Assembly (NCBI GenBank): GCA_019090895.1
Contig: JAHRVB010000121.1
Location: 10,513 to 74,512 of the forward strand
From: Kangiellaceae bacterium
Lineage (GTDB): Bacteria; Pseudomonadota; Gammaproteobacteria; Enterobacterales; Kangiellaceae
DNA length: 64,000 nt
Reading direction: 5' to 3'
The notes under the pieces: generated by a model
Seen by the model: only the letters and a program-made list of their open reading frames with translations
What the model was told of the DNA's origin: nothing
The model's database searches: none
Position numbers and translations under genes: made by a program
Shown here: positions 58,047-64,000 of the stretch, in pieces
Position numbering within the stretch: position 1 is the first letter of the stretch
Layout: each line of letters begins with the position of its first letter

Positions 58047-59051
58047 CTAAGAAGAGACTTTTCTAAAGTGACCAGGCGATTGGCCGGTGAGATCTTTAAA
58101 TGCGGCATAAAAGTTTGATTGAGATTTAAAACCAGTTTCCATACTAATCGACAAAATCGATGCTTTGGGTTGATTAATCAATAACCCCTTCGCTTGTTCA
58201 ATGCGCAATTCGCGAATGTATTTTGAAAAGTTCATACCAAAATTAGTATTAATCAATTCTGACAATTGATGAACTGATAGCTCCATTGAATCTGCTAGTA
58301 ATGACAAACTGAGGTTCTCATTTTGATAGAGGTTTGCTTCATGCATCAGTTCATTCAATCTGGTCAAATTTTGTTCAATATCAATATTCGATAGTGTTGA
58401 TTTTGAATAACCCAGTTTAATCACTTCGGTAATTTCATTAAGCAAATCTGGATAAATAAACAGAGCCCCTGTGACAAGCACAAAAGCAAACGCTATTCCA
58501 TTAGAATAGAAATGGTAAAAATAGGCATTGTCTACAAATGAAGCTGAAAAACCGAATATCAATACAGCTATGGCTAATATCGAGAAAAATGCATAGAAGA
58601 AAAATTCGATTTCAAACCGTTTACGATGCTGTCTTAAGTTAAAAATTATGTGCGAAAGCCAAATGCAATAACTCGTGCCGATTAAAAAGGCTACAGGTAC
58701 GGCAATCTCTCGACTAACGAAAAATACCATTGCGAATGGTACGAAATGCAGCCCACTGTAGAACTTTAATTGATATTCTGGAAACATGACAAAGCGGCTG
58801 AAGAAATAGAAAAAGGGAGGAATTAGAAATAACAATGCCCGGTAGTAAATTGATTCAAGAGGGTCGCTTCGATTAAGGATGAAATTAAGATGCTCAAATT
58901 GTAGCAATGCGATACCAAGCAATATCAAAGCGCTTGAGACTATTGATAGTGTACTTTTGTTATCACTCTTTAGGAAAAAAACATAACAAACGAATAAAAC
59001 CACAGAGACTATGATTGAAAAACCAATATTAAGTGTTGTTAATAATTCCAT
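58047..59051 (-). CDS. AraC-family regulator with a multi-TM N-terminal domain
   Basis: About six hydrophobic helices in the first 200 aa, then the AraC double HTH (LSLLADSMELSVHQLSELI...GFKSQSNFYAAFKDLTGQSPGHFRK). Confidence 0.8.
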   Translation of the reverse strand: MELLTTLNIGFSIIVSVVLFVCYVFFLKSDNKSTLSIVSSALILLGIALLQFEHLNFILNRSDPLESIYYRALLFLIPPFFYFFSRFVMFPEYQLKFYSGLHFVPFAMVFFVSREIAVPVAFLIGTSYCIWLSHIIFNLRQHRKRFEIEFFFYAFFSILAIAVLIFGFSASFVDNAYFYHFYSNGIAFAFVLVTGALFIYPDLLNEITEVIKLGYSKSTLSNIDIEQNLTRLNELMHEANLYQNENLSLSLLADSMELSVHQLSELINTNFGMNFSKYIRELRIEQAKGLLINQPKASILSISMETGFKSQSNFYAAFKDLTGQSPGHFRKVSS

Positions 59052-59877
59052 ATTCTGTGGCCGGCTCTTATTTATTGAGGTTCATGAATTCATTTATATT
59101 GATTAACGAAACAATAAGTTTCTACTAATCATCCCATTTTGGCCCATAACTCAACTTTGAAAGATGTTTCACTGGCTCTGGATATAGATGTATTTTTGTT
59201 TACCCTAGGGTCTAAAAATGGTCTAGGTAATTGTCAATTCTAGCAGAATTGTATGCAGCTAAGCATAGGTCAATCAACTCTAGGATAAGCTCACTATCAG
59301 TTTTTTCGTTAGAATAACTGTATATTTTATTTGTGTAAAAACACAGATACTCATTTTATAATAGTTCGCTTGATCTATTATGGTCCATAAGATATTCGAT
59401 ATTTTGATCATAAACAGACGAAGATTAATCCAATAGCGTTAATTTCTAATCACCAATGTTATCTTAAGATTATCACCACAAATCCAACTATTTCTATCGC
59501 AACTATCCTACATTATAAAGCGATCGGATCAGCAACATCAGTTCAAAGCTATCAAACCTCCCTAACGAGGATAAGCTAGAAATTATCGGATACTATTCTA
59601 CAGCCCCCGAATTTAGTAGTTCTGGATGGGGTTGATTAATAGACACAAGCCAATCTAGCTTTTTAGAGCTAATGAAAATTAGCCGCTGCCGAACTGTCAA
59701 TTTCTAGCGAAGCGATTGAAATACGACTAAGCTTAGATAAATTGTAATCGTATTAATCGATGTTTCTCACTGAAGCCCCCAGCGTAGTAGGCACGTTTAA
59801 TTGAGCTGTAACCTCTAGTCCAATCAGCGCGAATAATTTCCGCTGATTGCACTATGTATGCCTAGGTATAAAAATAG

Positions 59878-62286
59878 ATGACTACGACCACCAATACGGG
59901 TCCATTTTCCAATACATTATTGAACTCCTATCGCACTAATATTGCTAGATTCATGCGTGCGTCTTTGCTTCTACTTGGCTTTTATTTTGGTCTATTGATT
60001 GTCCCAGTTGCCCAATCACAATCCATTGACGAGGAACAAGCTAACAAACAACAGCTATTGATAAAGCAATTACACAACGCAGATACGCCTAAACAGATAA
60101 AGCTTCTAGGTGAACTGATTGAGTTGACCAAACGAAACCAACCAAAATTAGCGCTCGATTACGCTCGTCAACTTGAACCTTTACTAGAACCTACGCCTTC
60201 CAGTGAAGCAAATGCCAAACTAATGGTAGACATAATTTACATTGACTCCACTTTGGATGATTTCAAGGTCGCTGAAAGCTATATCAGCAAACTACAACGT
60301 TGGGCGACTAAAAATCAAATGCCTCGCTATCAAACTCTAGCGTATATCAGGCAGGCTGTTGTATTTCGCTCCCAGTCCAAACTAGAACAAGCACAACTAT
60401 CAATTCAAAAAGCCCTTTTCTTAGCGGATAAATTCAAGTTCCACGATTTAAAAACAGATACCCATTACGAACTTGCAATCATATCGTTTTACTTAGGCGC
60501 AACTAAAACCGCTATTTCAAATATTCGCATTGCACTTGAACAATTTAAACAAGCAGGGAAAACACGAAACACAGGTAAAGCGCTTAATATCTTAGCCATA
60601 CTCTATGGTACTCAAGGGCGTTATCAAGAATCACTTGATATCATGCTGCAAGCACTTAACATAGCAGAAAGTATCAATGACAATAATTCTCTAGTATCGC
60701 TTTATTCTAATATTGCGCTAACAATGTCACGCCTAAACCAGCAAGAAGAATCCGAACCCATCTATCAAAAATCGTTAGCTTTGGCGCGCAAAATGGGTGA
60801 TAAAAGTAGTGAAGCGCTTGCTTTAGTGAATCTAGGTTCTGTTTATTCAGATCTTAAACGATTTCCCCGAGCGATTGACACTCTTCGAAACGGCTTAGCC
60901 ATAGCCAACGAAATCAATTCGCCAAATATTAGTGCGCGCGCACTTTCAATTCTCTCACGAGTGTCGATGCTCACGGAAAATCATGAGGAATCTTACCGAT
61001 ACGCGACTCAAGCTTTGACACTCATAAAAGACACCAATGATAATGATATTGGAATGTCACCGCGCCGCAACTTAGCCCAATACTATCTTTATAAGGGAGA
61101 ATATTCCGAAGCCTTAGAGCAAATCAATCTTTTTCTTCAATGGGCTAATGACAAAGGTGACAGAGTTGGAACAGGTGAAGGCCTAGAGCTTAAGTCAGAA
61201 ATCTATGAGTCTATGGGCAACTTCAAACAGGCACTACAATTATTTAAACAATATAGAACCATTGTTGACGAGACGTTTAATGAAAAAAGCGATGCCAGAA
61301 TTACTGCACTTCGCGCAGGCTTTGATGCTAAACAGAAAGATCTCGAAATCGAATCTCTCGAACAGCATAAAACACTTCAAGGTGAAAAGCTTAAAAGACA
61401 GCAAGCCCTACTAACTAAAAGGCAACTACAACAAACAATCATTATCATTGCGTTACTGTCGGTTTTCTTGGTTTCTTTTTTAATCTACAAGAGACTAAAC
61501 CAGAGAAAACTCACCTTTCGTTTGAGTAAGGAAGTTAAGGAAAGAACGCAGGATCTCAATCGCAAAAACGAAGAACTGAAAATAGCTTATCAGTTAGTCG
61601 AGGAAAAAAGTTTTACTGACGATCTAACGGGGTTGAATAATCGACGTTTCTTAATGAAACACATAGAAGAAGACGTTGAAAAACTCAATTTCACTTATCA
61701 ACATTCCGTGTCGGAATCGGACTTACCCGATGAAGCAAACTTACTATTTTTCTTGGTCGACCTCGACCATTTCAAAAAGGTCAATGATACCTATGGCCAT
61801 GCCGCTGGCGATATGGTTTTAATGCAAATCAGCGACGTTTTGAGTAGCGTATTTCGGCAAACAGATTACATCATACGTTGGGGAGGTGAAGAGTTCCTAA
61901 TTGTCGTTAAAGGGGCAAATCGTAATGAAGCTAGCAATTATGCGGAGAGATTAAGAGAAATAATAGAGTCCCATACTTTTAACATTGGTGATGATAATTC
62001 AGTTAAAAAAACTTGTTCAATCGGTTTTACTTTTTATCCTTGTTTTAAGAACCAACCGGAAAAAGTAAGCTGGACCCAAGTTATTGATATCGCCGACCAA
62101 TGCCTTTACGCCGCTAAGCGCTCGCATAGAAATGCTTGGGTAGGACTGGATTTTTACAACTCAGATCCTGAACAAGCAATTTTCCCCGATTTCCTCTATC
62201 AACCATTTGATGTCATCGAACAACTGAATCCATCTGTTATGAGCTCTGTTGCGAATGAAAAACTGCTCCAATGGCCCGCGGCATAA
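59878..62286 (+). CDS. TPR-repeat sensor diguanylate cyclase (TPR - TM - coiled coil - GGDEF)
   Basis: Repeated TPR-like helices, TM helix IIIIALLSVFLVSFLIY, and RWGGEEFLIV with an RQTD I-site. Confidence 0.85.
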   Translation: MTTTTNTGPFSNTLLNSYRTNIARFMRASLLLLGFYFGLLIVPVAQSQSIDEEQANKQQLLIKQLHNADTPKQIKLLGELIELTKRNQPKLALDYARQLEPLLEPTPSSEANAKLMVDIIYIDSTLDDFKVAESYISKLQRWATKNQMPRYQTLAYIRQAVVFRSQSKLEQAQLSIQKALFLADKFKFHDLKTDTHYELAIISFYLGATKTAISNIRIALEQFKQAGKTRNTGKALNILAILYGTQGRYQESLDIMLQALNIAESINDNNSLVSLYSNIALTMSRLNQQEESEPIYQKSLALARKMGDKSSEALALVNLGSVYSDLKRFPRAIDTLRNGLAIANEINSPNISARALSILSRVSMLTENHEESYRYATQALTLIKDTNDNDIGMSPRRNLAQYYLYKGEYSEALEQINLFLQWANDKGDRVGTGEGLELKSEIYESMGNFKQALQLFKQYRTIVDETFNEKSDARITALRAGFDAKQKDLEIESLEQHKTLQGEKLKRQQALLTKRQLQQTIIIIALLSVFLVSFLIYKRLNQRKLTFRLSKEVKERTQDLNRKNEELKIAYQLVEEKSFTDDLTGLNNRRFLMKHIEEDVEKLNFTYQHSVSESDLPDEANLLFFLVDLDHFKKVNDTYGHAAGDMVLMQISDVLSSVFRQTDYIIRWGGEEFLIVVKGANRNEASNYAERLREIIESHTFNIGDDNSVKKTCSIGFTFYPCFKNQPEKVSWTQVIDIADQCLYAAKRSHRNAWVGLDFYNSDPEQAIFPDFLYQPFDVIEQLNPSVMSSVANEKLLQWPAA

Positions 62287-62289
62287 AAC

Positions 62290-63231
62290 TTAGTTGTTGT
62301 TAACCCAACTTGCCCATGTAGAACTTGGTGTCTCACCAATGGCTACCAGTCCTTCTTTGATAAAATCAAGTAACAATCGTGTTCTAGCAGGTAAGCGGTC
62401 GCGCTTTGCATAGACGACATAAACACTTGCCCCTTTTAACCGACACGCTTTAGTAACCACTTCTAGCTTTCCAGCTTCAACCCAGGATCTTGCATTAAAA
62501 TGAGTTAGTTGGCTTATTCCTAATCCTGCCGCACAAAATTCAGCTTGAACTTCACCATCATCCACTACAATTTGATTGCCGGGGTCCAACTGCTTAACTC
62601 CATCTTTTGTCTGCATTAATACTGGCATCGTTTTACCCGTTTGTTTAAACCTAAATCGAATCCAGTTATGTTGCTCGAGGGTTCGGTCGCTGATGTTCGA
62701 CGAATGTCGTTTTAAGTATTCTGGCGTTGCGCAAATGATAAAATCCATTGGTGCGAGCTTTTGTGCAACCAACCGACTATCGGAAAGACTTCCACTTCGA
62801 ATAGTTAAGTCAATAGACTCTCCGATAATGTCCACATACTCATCGCTAAATGTAATCTCCATTGCTATATCAGGGTACAGTCGTCTGAATTGACTTAAGA
62901 GAGGCTGAATTACTAGCCTTCCGTAAGAGACAGGCAAATTGATCTTAAGCGTTCCACTGGGTGATTCGTTCTCGGCCTTTAAGTTATCTTCTGTGATTTC
63001 CAGTTGGTTGATGAAGTGCTTAACGGAGTCTACGTATTGTTTACCAGCGTCTGTTAGGCTTAACTTTCGCGTCGAACGTTGAAATAGCTGCAACGCCAGT
63101 TGTTCTTCGAGTTTTCGGATGGACTTGCTCACTGTTGACGGATCAGTGGCGAACTTTTTAGCAGCTCCAGCAAAACTACCGGTATCGGTGGCTGCTATCA
63201 GAAACTCTAAGCTTCGTAATTTGTCCATCAT
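62290..63231 (-). CDS. LysR-family transcriptional regulator
   Basis: HTH (FLIAATDTGSFAGAAKKFATDPSTVSKSIRKLEEQL) plus a LysR substrate-binding domain. Confidence 0.9.
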   Translation of the reverse strand: MMDKLRSLEFLIAATDTGSFAGAAKKFATDPSTVSKSIRKLEEQLALQLFQRSTRKLSLTDAGKQYVDSVKHFINQLEITEDNLKAENESPSGTLKINLPVSYGRLVIQPLLSQFRRLYPDIAMEITFSDEYVDIIGESIDLTIRSGSLSDSRLVAQKLAPMDFIICATPEYLKRHSSNISDRTLEQHNWIRFRFKQTGKTMPVLMQTKDGVKQLDPGNQIVVDDGEVQAEFCAAGLGISQLTHFNARSWVEAGKLEVVTKACRLKGASVYVVYAKRDRLPARTRLLLDFIKEGLVAIGETPSSTWASWVNNN

Positions 63232-63401
63232 TGACCTTTTAGAGAAGTAACAAACATGTTCTCAGAACCTATTCCTCACAGAGCCTATTCTTCAGAAAAA
63301 TGTCATGAATATAATTCACTATTGTTAGTTATTAATGCCACTTTACCTGCATGAAAATTATTTTACAATAGCTGCCGTTAATCAACACACGGACAAAGAT
63401 A

Positions 63402-64000
63402 ATGAACCATTGGACAATCTCAATAAAAGTAATCTCGCTGTTAATCCTGGTAGTGCTTTCCAGTCTAATAACACTCAGCCAGAAATCTCTCGCCTCGAAC
63501 TTACCATCCGATCTTTTGAATGCGCCTATCGACTTGATTGACGGCACCCAGGTAAGCCTAAAGGACTTTCAAGGGAAAGCCCCCGTGTACTTAAAATTCT
63601 GGGCCACTTGGTGTCAGCCTTGCAGAAAAGAAATGCCACACTTCGAACAGGTCCAACAAGAAATGGGAGATAAACTCAAGATTATCGCCATTAATCTAGG
63701 CGTAAATGACGGTATTGAGGCAATAACTAAAACCCAACAAGAGTTTAAATTAACGATGCCATTGGCCATCGATTCAAGTGGCGACTTAGCGCAAAAATTT
63801 AGGCTACTCGGCACGCCTTATCATTTGTTATTTGATAGGAAAATGAACTTAGTCCATGTAGGAAATGTGGCTGACGATCAACTTAATAATAAAATCGAAT
63901 TGATTACCAATAACAACACCATCGACCTATTAAAAGCAGCAACTCTGAACGAAGATAGTAAGGACATTCAAATTCCCTTTAATAAAGGAAAGAAACACAT
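63402..64000 (+). CDS. TlpA/ResA-like thioredoxin-fold thiol:disulfide oxidoreductase, N-terminal part (ORF runs off the window; not in the supplied track)
   Basis: ATG at 63402, signal-anchor ISLLILVVLSSLI, and FWATWCQPCRKEMP (WCxxC). No stop before nt 64000. Confidence 0.8.
   Translation, partial: MNHWTISIKVISLLILVVLSSLITLSQKSLASNLPSDLLNAPIDLIDGTQVSLKDFQGKAPVYLKFWATWCQPCRKEMPHFEQVQQEMGDKLKIIAINLGVNDGIEAITKTQQEFKLTMPLAIDSSGDLAQKFRLLGTPYHLLFDRKMNLVHVGNVADDQLNNKIELITNNNTIDLLKAATLNEDSKDIQIPFNKGKKH

Noticed and set aside
1-64000. I searched for CRISPR arrays, IS elements or transposases, integrases, prophage genes, and tRNA or rRNA genes.
   Set aside because: I found no direct-repeat/spacer arrays, no transposase- or integrase-like ORFs, and no tRNA-like T-arm motifs in the intergenic regions. 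This was an eye scan only and should be confirmed with tRNAscan-SE, Infernal and ISfinder.

Overview
AT-rich chromosomal segment that looks like a marine Alteromonadales-type gammaproteobacterium. This is inferred from protein families only, since no rRNA, tRNA or marker gene is present. I found no transposase, integrase, CRISPR array or RNA gene. The left half (about 3.9-28.4 kb, all on the minus strand) is an alginate utilisation locus. It holds a tightly packed PL6-PL17-kdgF-MFS-kdgK-eda operon with a divergent GntR/FadR-type regulator, a beta-hydroxyacid-dehydrogenase-type reductase, two PL7 lyases and two TonB-dependent receptors. It also holds a roughly 1,440-aa modular lipoprotein of unknown function containing three near-identical tandem modules of about 650 bp. 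As sequenced, that gene is split by a frameshift in a C6 homopolymer. A palindromic 14-mer (TTGGTAATACCAAT) recurs in every promoter region of the locus and is a good candidate operator for the regulator. The middle of the window carries periplasmic amidohydrolases, an HNH endonuclease, an M16 peptidase and a DAHP synthase. The most unusual region is 40.8-48.6 kb. It is a translationally coupled operon encoding a beta-barrel-like protein, an Ig-like protein, an ECF sigma factor, a Cys-less anti-sigma factor and an S8 subtilase, flanked by two secreted Cys-rich proteins. I cannot match it to any described ECF signalling scheme. Further right are a CheY-CheC-PAS/GGDEF/EAL operon, a truncated haemoglobin with an adjacent [2Fe-2S] FNR-type reductase, tag, regulators, a desaturase next to a membrane-embedded AraC regulator, and a TPR-GGDEF protein. 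Dispersed heptanucleotide microsatellites (AACTCGC family) and a G-quadruplex-type tract lie between genes. All calls rest on motif reading of the supplied translations; no database search was possible.
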